Virus record (IMG/VR): IMGVR_UViG_3300037067_005074 | Coordinates: 96,001-160,000 of that record | DNA: 64,000 nt | Source: a virus | Taxonomy: Duplodnaviria > Caudoviricetes | Strand: one strand, 5' to 3' | Shown: in pieces, positions 31,055 through 41,659 of the stretch | Layout: every line of letters starts with the position of its first letter | Position numbering within the stretch: the stretch's first letter is position 1 | Made by a program: the position numbers and the translations under genes | The notes under the pieces: generated by a model | Databases searched by the model: none | The model's input: the letters and a program-made list of their open reading frames with translations, nothing else | Told to the model about the DNA's origin: nothing

Positions 31055-31693
31055 CTATTTATTATAAATATTTAATTCAAACATCCTATTTTCAATCATT
31101 TTAGGATGTTTGTATTTTATTGTATTTCCTTTTATAGATACAATTTCATATTTATTTTTATAATAATTGATATTAGATGTCGTTTGTGTGATTATACACC
31201 AAGTTATTATTTCTTCTGAAATGTCCTTATTGTTATCAACTAATATTTTTAATGTTGATTTATTATAATTTCCTATTCCTTTTGCAAATATAAAATGTCC
31301 TATTGCCAATTGTTTATATTTGTTTTTAATTAAAATTGGAGAATATATTGTTGATAATAATATAGATTCATTTAAATCTTTTTTTAATAATTGAGTAGCA
31401 TATCCTTCAGAAATAATTTCAGGAATTTCTTCTCCTTCTTTAATTAAATGTCCATAGCCAATTGAATAATTATCTGTATCGATTCCTGTGTGATATTTTT
31501 TAGATCTAAAAGATTCATGTAATTTTATAAATGTAATTACACTATCATACATTATATTATATTCTTTTTTACTATTAGTAATATTAAATTCGATTGATTT
31601 TATATTTTTAGAATTGTATTGTTTGTATTCAGTATTAAAATTTAAATGAATTAAACTGAAAAATATTATTATATAAATGTTTATCTTTTCCAT
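31055..31693 (-). CDS. Lysozyme (GH24-like) with an N-terminal hydrophobic segment
   Basis: IKLHESFR, SIGYGH, NRMFE. Confidence 0.75.
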   Translation of the reverse strand: MEKINIYIIIFFSLIHLNFNTEYKQYNSKNIKSIEFNITNSKKEYNIMYDSVITFIKLHESFRSKKYHTGIDTDNYSIGYGHLIKEGEEIPEIISEGYATQLLKKDLNESILLSTIYSPILIKNKYKQLAIGHFIFAKGIGNYNKSTLKILVDNNKDISEEIITWCIITQTTSNINYYKNKYEIVSIKGNTIKYKHPKMIENRMFELNIYNK

Positions 31694-31733
31694 ATTGATT
31701 TAATTTAATGATATATACAAAAACAATATAAAA

Positions 31734-33326
31734 TTACACAAAAGTATATAAATATACTCCACTTTTTATATGATTCTTGCTAAAACATTTGTGATTTACA
31801 TCACAAAGAGGTCTGCGATATATATATTTCGCTTCTACTATTTTTTTACATAAAGGAACCCAACTCTTTTTACAGTCTTTAAAGAACAGAACATCTCCTT
31901 GAGATTTAAATCTCAATATCATAGTGTCTATCATTGTATCTGTTAAATTAGGGTAGAATTTTCCTTCTTGAAATCCAAATATTCCTCTTCTTCCAATTTC
32001 TATACTTGCATTAATTGGATCGAAATAAGGATACATTAAATTTCCTATTATACTTGTATAACAAGCATTTATATCAACTATTATAATTCCGTTTTCATTG
32101 CAATATTTATTTATTAAATTTGTTTGTAATGTTCTATTCCAAATATTTTTAGTTTTTCTATTAAATTCTTTATTTGAATCTTTTACTACTTTTTCTTTAA
32201 AATCTAATTTTTCTTGAATAAAATAAGCACAATTATAATGTTTTATTTTATTAAAAATATCTTTATAAATACAACTTATTTCATGTTTCCTTTTATTTGT
32301 TAAATACTTAGATTTTTTATCAGATGAATTTCTTTTTGATTTCTTTGATATTTGTTGTAATCCATAACAAAATTTATCTATTAATTTAAATTCAGTGTCA
32401 TTTATTTTTTCTAAAATAGTAACACCATAAAATTCAGGATTTTTATCAATAGCACAATATCTGTTTTCATTTTTTCCTTTTATTTTTCTACTATTTTGTT
32501 CATCTTTAAATTTAGAGTGTATTATTTTTTTATCAAAATCAACACTTAAATCGTTTAATTCTTTTTTATAATTCTTTTTATCAAATCCAAATCCATTTAA
32601 CTTTTCTTCATCAAAAATAAATGTAATTGCGTTTGTTGTTAATTTTACTGTTATTGGTATTAATTTGGTGTCTTTTATTTCTTGTAATTGTTTTAAATAT
32701 TTTTTATGTTTTTTAGAACATTTAAATTTAATTTCTATATGATTATGTCTATCTGATTTATATATAACAGTTTGTGTATTAAAATCAAAATTAAAATATC
32801 TATTACTATTTAAATCATTCTTACTACCAACATAATAAAGAGGTAAAATTCTATTTTCTTTTAATTGTTTTTTCTTTTTTTGTAATAAAACATTATTTTT
32901 ACCAGAATTTGTCAATTTTGATATTTCTTGAGTTAATTTTTTACCACCAAAAACAATATCATGTGATAAATTTTTATTTTTTTTCTTTAATTTATTATTT
33001 AATTTAAATATTTTTCTAACATTTTTTTTAGTTTTTGGTTCTTTTTTTAATGTTTCTATATATTTTTGTATCGATACAATTCTGTTTTCTTCTTCTTCTT
33101 TTTGTGTTTGAACTTGCTTTATTTTTGTTTCTACATCGACCTGTAAACAATTCTGAATTTCATATTTAGATAAATTATATTTTAATTGAATATAAGACAA
33201 ATATTCTTTGTCTTCCATATTATTATAACTATATAATTTCCTAAAAGCATAAGAATATCTAATCTGTTTATTTAATATAAATTCAAAATCTGAAATATTA
33301 GTTATGTATGTAGTAATTGATATCAA
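31734..33326 (-). CDS. tnpB: Large TnpB-like RuvC nuclease without zinc ribbon
   Basis: CAIDKNP / IQEKL / YTSIIGN...FDPINASIEIGRRG. Confidence 0.8.
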   Translation of the reverse strand: MISITTYITNISDFEFILNKQIRYSYAFRKLYSYNNMEDKEYLSYIQLKYNLSKYEIQNCLQVDVETKIKQVQTQKEEEENRIVSIQKYIETLKKEPKTKKNVRKIFKLNNKLKKKNKNLSHDIVFGGKKLTQEISKLTNSGKNNVLLQKKKKQLKENRILPLYYVGSKNDLNSNRYFNFDFNTQTVIYKSDRHNHIEIKFKCSKKHKKYLKQLQEIKDTKLIPITVKLTTNAITFIFDEEKLNGFGFDKKNYKKELNDLSVDFDKKIIHSKFKDEQNSRKIKGKNENRYCAIDKNPEFYGVTILEKINDTEFKLIDKFCYGLQQISKKSKRNSSDKKSKYLTNKRKHEISCIYKDIFNKIKHYNCAYFIQEKLDFKEKVVKDSNKEFNRKTKNIWNRTLQTNLINKYCNENGIIIVDINACYTSIIGNLMYPYFDPINASIEIGRRGIFGFQEGKFYPNLTDTMIDTMILRFKSQGDVLFFKDCKKSWVPLCKKIVEAKYIYRRPLCDVNHKCFSKNHIKSGVYLYTFV

Positions 33327-33405
33327 TTTTCTTCTTTTAATAATTCTTTTTAATTTTATTTTCTTCTATTTGAATAAGATTTCATGCTAAAAATGATGTA
33401 TTATT
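33323..33405 (-). pseudogene. tnpA: C-terminal remnant of an IS607 serine-recombinase TnpA
   Basis: Frameshifted IIHHF/SMKSYSNRRK/KELLKEEN*; the TGA overlaps the tnpB TTG. Confidence 0.65.
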
Positions 33406-33547
33406 TTTAATTGTTTTTATTGTATTTTTAAATAATTATAAAATATACAAATTTTTATGTTAATAAAAAACAATATAAAATTACATACTTTGTTATTATA
33501 TAAATAGTATTATTAAATTTTAATTGCAAATTATTCTTAAAGAAAAT

Positions 33548-34438
33548 TTAATTAATTTTTAATATTTCTAATAAGAATTGATTTGATTTATTGTTTTCTA
33601 ATGAATAAAATTTAGAAGGATCAAGAGGAGTATAATTATTATCCAATACTTCATAATGACAATGAGGAGAAGTAGATAACCCAGTATTTCCTACTTTTCC
33701 GATTAATTCTCCCCTATATAAAGTATCATTTTTATTTACAAGAATAGTATCTAAATGTGCATATCTTGTTTTATAGAATTGATGATTAATTAATATTTGA
33801 TTTCCATATCCGGTATCATTATATTCTATAAATTCTACAATACCATGAGCAGTAGAATAGACATCACTTCCTAATTTATCACCAAAATCAACACCAGTAT
33901 GAAATTTAATTTCATTTAAAATTGGATGCAGTCTAAATCCAAATCCACTTGCAATATTAAAACTGTCATTTGGATTAATTGGAAGAATTGATGGAATGTT
34001 AATTTCTAAATATAATTCATTAAATATTGAATTAAAATTATTATTTAAAATATTAGTATTTTTGGTTAATACATTATTCTTATTATTAAGTAAATCATAA
34101 ATATTAGTAGAATCGGAAATATTTAAATCCATTCCACCTTGATTTTGATTATTCTTATTCAAAATAACATTATTATAAATATTAATTTCTTTTTCTTTTA
34201 ATCTATATAATTCAATAAATCCACTATCTATTTTATCATTTAAATAATTGTAATTGTAAATTAATTGTTCGTTTTTGTTTTTTAATATTAATTCTTCTGG
34301 GGTATTAAATATTAAATAAAAAATATTTATTAAAATTGAAGTGATGATAATTGTTAAAATAATAGGAGTTTTTAATATTTTGCCTTTTTTAATCTTTTCG
34401 TATTGCAATGTTTTCTGGTTGTACTCATACAGGTTCAT
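33548..34438 (-). CDS. M23 metallopeptidase with TM and coiled coil
   Basis: HTGVD, YAHL, GNTGLSTSPHCHYEV. Confidence 0.92.
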   Translation of the reverse strand: MNLYEYNQKTLQYEKIKKGKILKTPIILTIIITSILINIFYLIFNTPEELILKNKNEQLIYNYNYLNDKIDSGFIELYRLKEKEINIYNNVILNKNNQNQGGMDLNISDSTNIYDLLNNKNNVLTKNTNILNNNFNSIFNELYLEINIPSILPINPNDSFNIASGFGFRLHPILNEIKFHTGVDFGDKLGSDVYSTAHGIVEFIEYNDTGYGNQILINHQFYKTRYAHLDTILVNKNDTLYRGELIGKVGNTGLSTSPHCHYEVLDNNYTPLDPSKFYSLENNKSNQFLLEILKIN

Positions 34439-34614
34439 AATTTTATTTATTTGTTAGACATATTAGTATATAAATCAATGAATTAAAGATTGATGTATAT
34501 AAATTGTTTATATATAAATATAAAAAAGTTTAAAAAATATAGTTTAAAAAATTGTTTTTTAAAAATTTTATATTTATATTTGTGATGTTATTATTAATTT
34601 AAAATTTATATATT

Positions 34615-34812
34615 ATGGAAACGAAAGAATATAATAAGAGAATAAATGAAATTAATAAATCGTTAATTAAAGCAATAATGATAGCAGTTAGACAAAAATT
34701 AATGCCAATGTCTCATATTTATAAAATAATAAGTCAAGCATGTCATTTCAGAAATATTAGAAATCCTAAAACATTAAAATATAAAAATTTAAAAGAAGAA
34801 TATGAATATTAA
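34615..34812 (+). CDS. Hypothetical protein
   Basis: Follows a TATATTTG promoter box (34575-34582). Confidence 0.55.
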   Translation: METKEYNKRINEINKSLIKAIMIAVRQKLMPMSHIYKIISQACHFRNIRNPKTLKYKNLKEEYEY

Positions 34813-34833
34813 ATTATTAAAATTATAATTTTT

Positions 34834-35052
34834 ATGAAAAATCAAATAATAAATAAAAATGTTTTTAATAATATTCCTAAAATAGGAAATCCTTGTATTG
34901 GAAACAAACTAATATATGATTTAATTGAAAGAAAATTTGTCGATGATTATAACCCAAATGTCGTTTTTATTTATGCTCATAATATACAAAAACAATATAA
35001 AAGTATTAAAATGAATATAAATTCACTTTACTCTTTATATGGTCTTTGCTAA
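34834..35052 (+). pseudogene. Hypothetical ORF apparently interrupted by the TnpB element at about 34982
   Basis: Its last ~23 codons are antisense element sequence. Confidence 0.45.
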
Positions 35053-36740
35053 AAAGTTTAAAGTCTTCGCAGTCTGTTAAACTCCAACGATATATTTGTT
35101 TCGTTTCTTTGAACTTTGCAAAAAGTTCCTGCCAAGTTGTGTCGATTCCCTTTTCAAATAGAACATCTCTCTCAGATTTGAATCTGGTACTCATAGTGTC
35201 CATAAGTGTTGAATCTAACTCAGGTAAATATTTAAATCCTTTATTATATTTGAACATTCCTCTTCTACCAATTTCAATGCTTGCATTAATTGGATCGAAG
35301 TAAGAATATTTCATGTTTCCTATGAAACTGGTATAGTGAGGTTTAACTTTCTCCCAAATCACACCTGTTTCATTACAATGTTTTTGAATTAATTGCATTT
35401 GAAAATCTAACTTCCAAATGTTTTTACATTTTCTATTGAATTCTTTATTTTCTTCTTTTAAGTTCTTTTCTTTAAATTCTAAATTTTCTGTTACTATTGT
35501 TCCGCAATTGTAATGTTTTATCTTTTTAAATAAACTTTTATAGATAAGACTTAATTCATATTTTCTCTTATTTGTTAAATAAAAAGAATCTTTGTGATTT
35601 GAACTCTTCCTATTCTTTTTACTTAATTGTTCTAAGCCAAAACAACCAGTCTCTAAAATCTTAAATTCTTCATCTTTATTAGTTTTCTCTGTTATAGAAT
35701 AACCAACAAACTCAGGATTAAAATCCATATTACAAAATCTATCTTTGTTCTTTCCTTTTAATCTCCTATCTTTCTGTTCAATACAATATTTTTGAGATAT
35801 TTGTTTTTTAATCGAACTATCAAATTCTTTTATTTCTTTGTAATATTCTTTTTGATTAAAATCAAATCCATTTAATTTTTCTTCATCGAAACAAATATAA
35901 ATAAACTTGTTTGATAATCTTACTGTTATTGGTTGTTGATTAGAATTCTTTATTTCTTCTAATTGTAAAAGTTGATTTTGATATTTCTTTGATGTTGAAT
36001 ATTTAATTTCTATTTTGGTTTTAGCATTTGGCTTATATATAATTGTCTGATTTTTAAAATCAAAATCAAAGTATCTATTTGAATTGTTATCTGTTTTATT
36101 TCCGGTATAATTTAAAGGTTGAACTCTCTTTTCTTTAAATTCTTTTTGTAATTTTTTAATTTCAATCCTATTTTTCTCTTTATCATTAGAAAGAAAAGAA
36201 ATTCTTCTTAAAAGTTGTTTTGTTCCGAAAACTATATCTTTAGAAAGAAGATTATTTTGATATTTTAATTTCTTCTTTAGCCTAAACATTTTACTTTTAT
36301 TTTTTCTTGAAATTGGTTTTATTTTAAGTTCTTTTATATCTTTTTCAAGAGAAATGATTTTTAGTGCAATTTTATCTTTATTTGTTTGAATTTGAGATAT
36401 TTTTGTTTTAACATCTATAACCAAACAGTTAATTTCCCATTTTGAAAGATTGTATTTTTTAGAAATATAAGAAAGAAAAACTTTGTCCGAAGTATCAAAA
36501 TGTTTATATAATTCTCTAAAAGCATAAGAATACTCAATTTGTTTCTTTTCAATAAAAGAAGGATTACTATTAGATTTTATATGTAATTTTTGAGTCTTCA
36601 AATAAAATATTTTTAATATAAATATAAAAAAGATTAATTTTTCTTTTTAAAATATATAAAAATTGTTTATATTGTACAAAACAAATAAAGAATGAAATAA
36701 AACATTATATGTTTTATATTAAATTATATTGCTTTTTGTT
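34982..36740 (-). mobile_element. TnpB-only element (left end approximate)
   Basis: ATATACAAAAACAATATAAAA end shared with 31713; inverted TTATATTGCTTTTTG near 36725-36738. Confidence 0.65.
35006..36601 (-). CDS. tnpB: Large TnpB-like RuvC nuclease, paralog of 31734
   Basis: CNMDFNP / VTENL / YTSFIGN...FDPINASIEIGRRG. Confidence 0.8.
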   Translation of the reverse strand: MKTQKLHIKSNSNPSFIEKKQIEYSYAFRELYKHFDTSDKVFLSYISKKYNLSKWEINCLVIDVKTKISQIQTNKDKIALKIISLEKDIKELKIKPISRKNKSKMFRLKKKLKYQNNLLSKDIVFGTKQLLRRISFLSNDKEKNRIEIKKLQKEFKEKRVQPLNYTGNKTDNNSNRYFDFDFKNQTIIYKPNAKTKIEIKYSTSKKYQNQLLQLEEIKNSNQQPITVRLSNKFIYICFDEEKLNGFDFNQKEYYKEIKEFDSSIKKQISQKYCIEQKDRRLKGKNKDRFCNMDFNPEFVGYSITEKTNKDEEFKILETGCFGLEQLSKKNRKSSNHKDSFYLTNKRKYELSLIYKSLFKKIKHYNCGTIVTENLEFKEKNLKEENKEFNRKCKNIWKLDFQMQLIQKHCNETGVIWEKVKPHYTSFIGNMKYSYFDPINASIEIGRRGMFKYNKGFKYLPELDSTLMDTMSTRFKSERDVLFEKGIDTTWQELFAKFKETKQIYRWSLTDCEDFKLFSKDHIKSKVNLYSF

Positions 36741-36819
36741 TACAAAATAAATGCATTAATAAAATTAAATAATTATTTAAAAAATTAATATTTATAAATA
36801 AAACTAAAATAATAAAATT

Positions 36820-37002
36820 ATGATAAGAAGTGTGATATTAGGATTAGTGATTCTTATAGTAATTGTACTGCTCGGGATTTTATTGGAATATATGAATATT
36901 CTTTATATGGGTACAGTTTGGGGAATTGGTGTTGGAATGTTTTTATTTATTGGAAATGGGATTCTTGCTTGGTATCGGTTTGATTATAAGAATGACAAAT
37001 AA
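36820..37002 (+). CDS. Small 2-TM membrane protein
   Basis: Hydrophobic; ATATTTATA at 36788. Confidence 0.6.
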   Translation: MIRSVILGLVILIVIVLLGILLEYMNILYMGTVWGIGVGMFLFIGNGILAWYRFDYKNDK

Positions 37003-37010
37003 ATTATTAA

Positions 37011-37039
37011 TAAAAAGGAGTGAATTCACTCCTTTTTTA
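37011..37039. terminator. Bidirectional terminator
   Basis: AAAAAGGAGTGAATTCACTCCTTTTT palindrome between convergent genes. Confidence 0.8.
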
Positions 37040-37579
37040 TTCTTTAAATAATTTCTCTTCTATTTGTGATATCTGAGTATCGATTAATTCTTTTAATTCT
37101 TCTTTACTCATATTTTGTACCCAATCTTCTGTATCTCCAAATTCATTCACAATGTGTTTTTTATCATGCTTATCAATTATATCAACAAATTCAGATTTAA
37201 AATCTTTAAACCATCCAATCTTATTTTTATTAATATATTCTTTTTGATATTCATCAAATTCACCAGATATAATCATTTCCGTATCTAACATAATTCTACA
37301 ATCCATACACATACCAAATTCAGAATAGAATTTTGAATCTAATCTCTTTGTCATTGCATTATTACATTTAGGACAAGAAATCGGAACTAACATTGATTGT
37401 CTTAATTTTGATAGTTTAGAAACACTTTTTTGTATTCCATTTACTATTGTCCAACTTTTATTATTTTCTTCCCAAACATCTCCTTCCTTGTGTTCTTCAT
37501 TTTTATCTGAAACATAAACACTGATATCTTGTTTGATATCACCTGAAACATAACTTTTTAAAGTATTTAAAATTGACAT
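37037..37579 (-). CDS. Phage protein with two CxxC motifs
   Basis: CPKC...CMDC; GDVWEE..K.WT..NGI. Confidence 0.7.
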   Translation of the reverse strand: MSILNTLKSYVSGDIKQDISVYVSDKNEEHKEGDVWEENNKSWTIVNGIQKSVSKLSKLRQSMLVPISCPKCNNAMTKRLDSKFYSEFGMCMDCRIMLDTEMIISGEFDEYQKEYINKNKIGWFKDFKSEFVDIIDKHDKKHIVNEFGDTEDWVQNMSKEELKELIDTQISQIEEKLFKE

Positions 37580-37600
37580 AACATAACGGTTTTATATAAA

Positions 37601-38032
37601 TTATTTTATTAATTCTTGTATTCTTGTTTCAATATATGATTCTAATTTTAATGATTTATTTGAATTATGGTTTATATTTTCAGTCAATGTTTTCTTAACT
37701 TTAGTTTCCCAATATTGTTTTGGACCAATTCCTGCTTTCCATTGTTTAGAAATATTAGTAAAAAATTGCTTTTTCTTTACATTATCTTTTATTTTTGCCG
37801 GACTATCTACTCCATATAATTCTAACATTTTATTAAAATATTCTCTATATGCTTTTTGTAGAGGAGAAAGAGTTCTTTTACTTATTTCTTTACTTTGTAC
37901 AGTCTTTTCAGTAGAATGACGAGTTAATACTTTTTTAGTTCTTTCTAAGAATTTATTTCTGTCTTCTGCTTTGGTTAGATCTAAGTTTTTAGCTAAATCT
38001 AATAGTTCTTTTGCGTTATCTTGTAATGCCAT
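37601..38032 (-). CDS. Putative virion/internal protein sharing a domain with 62931
   Basis: LSPLQK.(Y/F)REYF..M...Y...SPA. Confidence 0.65.
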   Translation of the reverse strand: MALQDNAKELLDLAKNLDLTKAEDRNKFLERTKKVLTRHSTEKTVQSKEISKRTLSPLQKAYREYFNKMLELYGVDSPAKIKDNVKKKQFFTNISKQWKAGIGPKQYWETKVKKTLTENINHNSNKSLKLESYIETRIQELIK

Positions 38033-38036
38033 AATT

Positions 38037-38297
38037 TTATAATTTAACCCAGTTTTTAATATGATATAACCACAATTTTTTTATTTCTTGTCTAACTTTA
38101 TTTTGATCTTCTTTTGGTATTTGTTTTTTTATTAATTCTGTATATTCTTCTATTAATTGTGTTAAAGCCATTTCTACTCCACTACCATTTAAGTCTGTAT
38201 CATCATATTTTTCAAACATGTCTTGTTGTTCTTTTAACACTGTTTTAACTTGAGATTCTATAAGTTTTTCTAATTTTAATTGAAATTCTGCTTTCAT
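38037..38297 (-). CDS. Small protein with a 'KLEKLIE..LKE' leader
   Basis: ORF track; leader motif. Confidence 0.65.
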   Translation of the reverse strand: MKAEFQLKLEKLIESQVKTVLKEQQDMFEKYDDTDLNGSGVEMALTQLIEEYTELIKKQIPKEDQNKVRQEIKKLWLYHIKNWVKL

Positions 38298-38341
38298 TGT
38301 ATATTTTTTTAATTGTTTATATTTGTTAATAAATATAAAAT

Positions 38342-38632
38342 TTATTTATTTTTAAATATTAATTGAAATCCATTTGGTTGATGAACAAGACTTGAAAAGG
38401 TTTTTAATTTAGCAAGTAATTTTATATCTTCTTTATCAAAAGATTTAGTACATTGAACATATACATTTTCTTTTCCAATTCTCATTTCATTTTTATCCAT
38501 TCCAATCATTATCAATTCTTCTTTAACTTTATCAGATAAAGTATTGACTGATAGTTCTAATTGTTCTTTTATAATTTGTTTAGTTCTCGATTGAATATAT
38601 GAATTCAATTTTTCTATTTTAGTCTTTTCCAT
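38342..38632 (-). CDS. Small protein with a 'KL..YI...IIKE' leader
   Basis: ORF track; leader motif. Confidence 0.65.
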   Translation of the reverse strand: MEKTKIEKLNSYIQSRTKQIIKEQLELSVNTLSDKVKEELIMIGMDKNEMRIGKENVYVQCTKSFDKEDIKLLAKLKTFSSLVHQPNGFQLIFKNK

Positions 38633-38645
38633 ATTTATTTTTATA

Positions 38646-39413
38646 TTATTGTTCTTTTGTATTTCTTTTTAAAATTATATCAATTGGTTTATTTTCTATA
38701 ATATCGAACCAAGGTTCTTTAAATTTTTGTATCATTCTTAAACTAAATAAATACCGTTTTATATCATGATGTAGAGATTTAAATATTAAAATATCACACA
38801 ATGGTTGTGTTTTAAAAAATGGTAATATTTCATCTCTATATATTTTTGCTATTGTATTTCCTCTATATTCATCTATAGAATGTTTATTCTTTTCTTCATA
38901 TTGAGACTTTCCGTTCGAGTCATACCAACCCATTTTTATTTCTAAATGGTCACCATATATTTTATCATCTGAATTATAAACTACTCTAACAAAATATTTA
39001 ATATCACTTCTGTCACTAAAAATAAAATTATATTTATGACTCATTTTATAATCATAAACATTAGAAGTATTAAAAAATTCAGACATTAGATAATATGACT
39101 GAAATGTATCTTGATCATACCAATTATCTAATTGTTTATAAACTTCATTTTCACAAATTTCTTTTATAACTTGTGTCAATGATTTATTTGGTGTATCATT
39201 ATAAATATAAAAATTATTTTTATTATTTAAATTTTCACCAATACAAACATTATTTTTCAAATCATACCAAATACCAACATTAGCCCTCTTTACCAGGCCA
39301 TTTATAATTTATTTTTTTAGAATGAATGTGTTGTATTTCACAATCTTTAAATTTTAATATATCTTTATTTTCGATTATTAATGTCTTATATAAATTCGTT
39401 TCTTTAAATTTCA
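38646..39413 (-). CDS. Hypothetical protein; 5' part (39261-39413) joined only through two apparent 1-nt insertions
   Basis: MKFKE / RIYKTLIIEN...YKW / LVKRANVGIWYDL runs into the tracked ORF 38646-39260. Confidence 0.5.
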
Positions 39414-39421
39414 TATTTTAT

Positions 39422-39949
39422 TTATATTTCTTGTGCATAATCAAACGATTTTAAATTTCCCTTTACATCATATCCAACTTGAAAACAATCTACACACCTC
39501 ACCCATTCTGGTAAATCTTTTATATTATTATACGGCTTTAAATATTCCATCAATAATAAGTTAAATCCAGATTTATTAAATGAAAAGAGTTTACAATGTG
39601 CTAATGGAATATAATCATTTTTATTTTTTAAATATTTATTAAATGTATTATTTTCACTTATATTATCCATAATACCTCTTAAATTATGAGGTATTTTAAT
39701 AACCAAATTCTTTTTTAAATTTATCATTCCATATCTACCTCTGCCAACACTTTTAGATAGTGCAAATCCACGTTTTTCCAATTCTAATATTACGATTTTA
39801 ATAACATTATCATCAAATGTTTTGTTCATATCATTAAAATCTATTGTTTTAAAATATTGTCTTATTTTATCATCTATATCATTTAATGATATTTCGTTTA
39901 TTATTTTATTATTTAATATTGAACATAATGTTATCATTTTATTTCCCAT
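39422..39949 (-). CDS. Minimal protein-kinase-like domain protein
   Basis: GRGRYG loop, VIKIP, LLMEYL, QVG, FDY. Confidence 0.55.
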   Translation of the reverse strand: MGNKMITLCSILNNKIINEISLNDIDDKIRQYFKTIDFNDMNKTFDDNVIKIVILELEKRGFALSKSVGRGRYGMINLKKNLVIKIPHNLRGIMDNISENNTFNKYLKNKNDYIPLAHCKLFSFNKSGFNLLLMEYLKPYNNIKDLPEWVRCVDCFQVGYDVKGNLKSFDYAQEI

Positions 39950-41541
39950 TTATCAGTGAATATTAATTTAAATTGTTTTCCTATTTTTTTATTTTCTGAA
40001 TCAATAATACTTAATTCTCCATTTTTAGAATCTTTTATTCTTAGAGTAAGAAATAATTTGTTTGAATTTATATTTGGTAATTCTCCAAATAATTTAACAG
40101 TTTTTAATTTATTATCTCTTTTAATTCTATTGGAATATAAACTATCATTAATTTGCTTTAATCCTGTTATTCCTTTTGTTTTTAAGAAATCAAATAAAGT
40201 TCTTAATAATCCTTCGTCTTTATTTCCTTCTTTTAATTTATTACTAAACTGTTTGATTTGTTTATTTATTATTTTTGAGTTATCAACAACTTCTTCTATT
40301 TTTTCAATCTTAAATATTTCAATCAATTTATTCTTAACTTCTTCATTTATATCCTTTTTATATATGTTTATAATATCGGAAACATTTAATTTATTATTTG
40401 TTATTTCAAATATAATGAAATTGTGTCCATTATTAAAATAGAATTCTTTGTCATCTATTTCATTAATCTTATCATTTATAAATATAAGTTTTGATAAAAA
40501 AAGTGAACTGGTATTTTCTGACAATACACTTATTATATTTAATGGAGTTGTTAAATCATTATAAGTTCTTCCAATTTTAATATTTCCGTCCTTGTAAGTA
40601 ATATAAAATTTAATATTTTCAGTTATATTGAATATTTCATTTAAGAAATTGTTTATTGTTTTATTTTCAATATTTTCTGTTAATGTATTTACATATTCAT
40701 AACCAATTGCTTTTACTAAAACATCTATTCGTTCTTTCCACCTATTATAATCATCCTCATTAGTAAATTTATTGCTTTTATTGTCATGATTTAAATTTGA
40801 ATTAGGTGGTCCTTTAGGATAATCATTATTAAAATCTTCAAAAGTCATATTAATAGGCATAAGATTATTTAATATTGTAAATCCTGAATATTTTGATTGT
40901 TCTTCAGAAAATTCATCATATACTTTTTTATTTCTTAAAAATACATTTGGTCCATTATCAACAAATCCATTTAATCCAAAGCCAGTATTACTTATTTCTT
41001 TTAATATTTTTTTAATATCTATTTTCTTTTTATTTATAAATCTTTTAAGAAGAGTAAATTTCTTTTTATCACTACAAATATTAGAAATATAATCTGGTTC
41101 ATTTTCATTATTATATATTTTCCCTTCTGTCATTACATCAACATATTTCATATCAGAAACATCTAATAATCCTTGAATATCTACTAACCATTTCTGATAA
41201 CCTGGTAAATCTCTTAATACTTTAACTCTATTAATATAATTTGAATTTATGCCAGTTGGAAATGTTGATGCTGCATCTGGTGCTTCTGTATTATACATTG
41301 TAAGATATTTTTCAAAATCTATATTTGATATTAAATAATTTATAACATACATACCTATCATATCAGCTTTACTTTTTGAAAATTCTTCATAAGTTCTTTT
41401 ATTAGCATGAAACACACTGAATTCTTTTGTTTTCATTCTTCCTGCCAATGGAGAAGCTGTACTAACTTCATTTAAGATAGATTTTATTTTGTTTTGATTG
41501 AAAATTATAAAATATTTAATATTTGAATCTGTTAAATTCAT
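39934..41541 (-). CDS. Hypothetical, probably virion-associated protein with an internal duplication
   Basis: Two similar blocks ending (K/R)W...I..L......YV; several L(N/K)E motifs; ATATTTATA upstream. Confidence 0.6.
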   Translation of the reverse strand: MNLTDSNIKYFIIFNQNKIKSILNEVSTASPLAGRMKTKEFSVFHANKRTYEEFSKSKADMIGMYVINYLISNIDFEKYLTMYNTEAPDAASTFPTGINSNYINRVKVLRDLPGYQKWLVDIQGLLDVSDMKYVDVMTEGKIYNNENEPDYISNICSDKKKFTLLKRFINKKKIDIKKILKEISNTGFGLNGFVDNGPNVFLRNKKVYDEFSEEQSKYSGFTILNNLMPINMTFEDFNNDYPKGPPNSNLNHDNKSNKFTNEDDYNRWKERIDVLVKAIGYEYVNTLTENIENKTINNFLNEIFNITENIKFYITYKDGNIKIGRTYNDLTTPLNIISVLSENTSSLFLSKLIFINDKINEIDDKEFYFNNGHNFIIFEITNNKLNVSDIINIYKKDINEEVKNKLIEIFKIEKIEEVVDNSKIINKQIKQFSNKLKEGNKDEGLLRTLFDFLKTKGITGLKQINDSLYSNRIKRDNKLKTVKLFGELPNINSNKLFLTLRIKDSKNGELSIIDSENKKIGKQFKLIFTDKWEIK

Positions 41542-41628
41542 ATCTATTATAGTTAATTTTTAATTATAAATATAAAATTGTTTAATTTTTATTATATTTA
41601 AATATTATTAAAAATAATCAATAAATAT

Positions 41629-41659
41629 TTTGTTTATATTAAAATTAATATTATATTTG
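41629..41659 (+). promoter_or_regulatory. Bacteroidota-type promoter at the head of the cassette region
   Basis: TTTG-N19-TATATTTG. Confidence 0.75.

Larger units (their letters stand above)
31713..33510 (-). mobile_element. IS607-derived element: tnpA remnant plus tnpB (left end approximate)
   Basis: 20-bp AAAAACAATATAAAATTACA near both ends; 21-bp 3' end shared with the element at 34982. Confidence 0.7.

Noticed and set aside
37581-37591. ACATAACGGTT, matching the start of hairpin A (related reverse match at about 12912)
   Set aside because: No partner arm or GTTA core follows; likely chance or a translation-start context.
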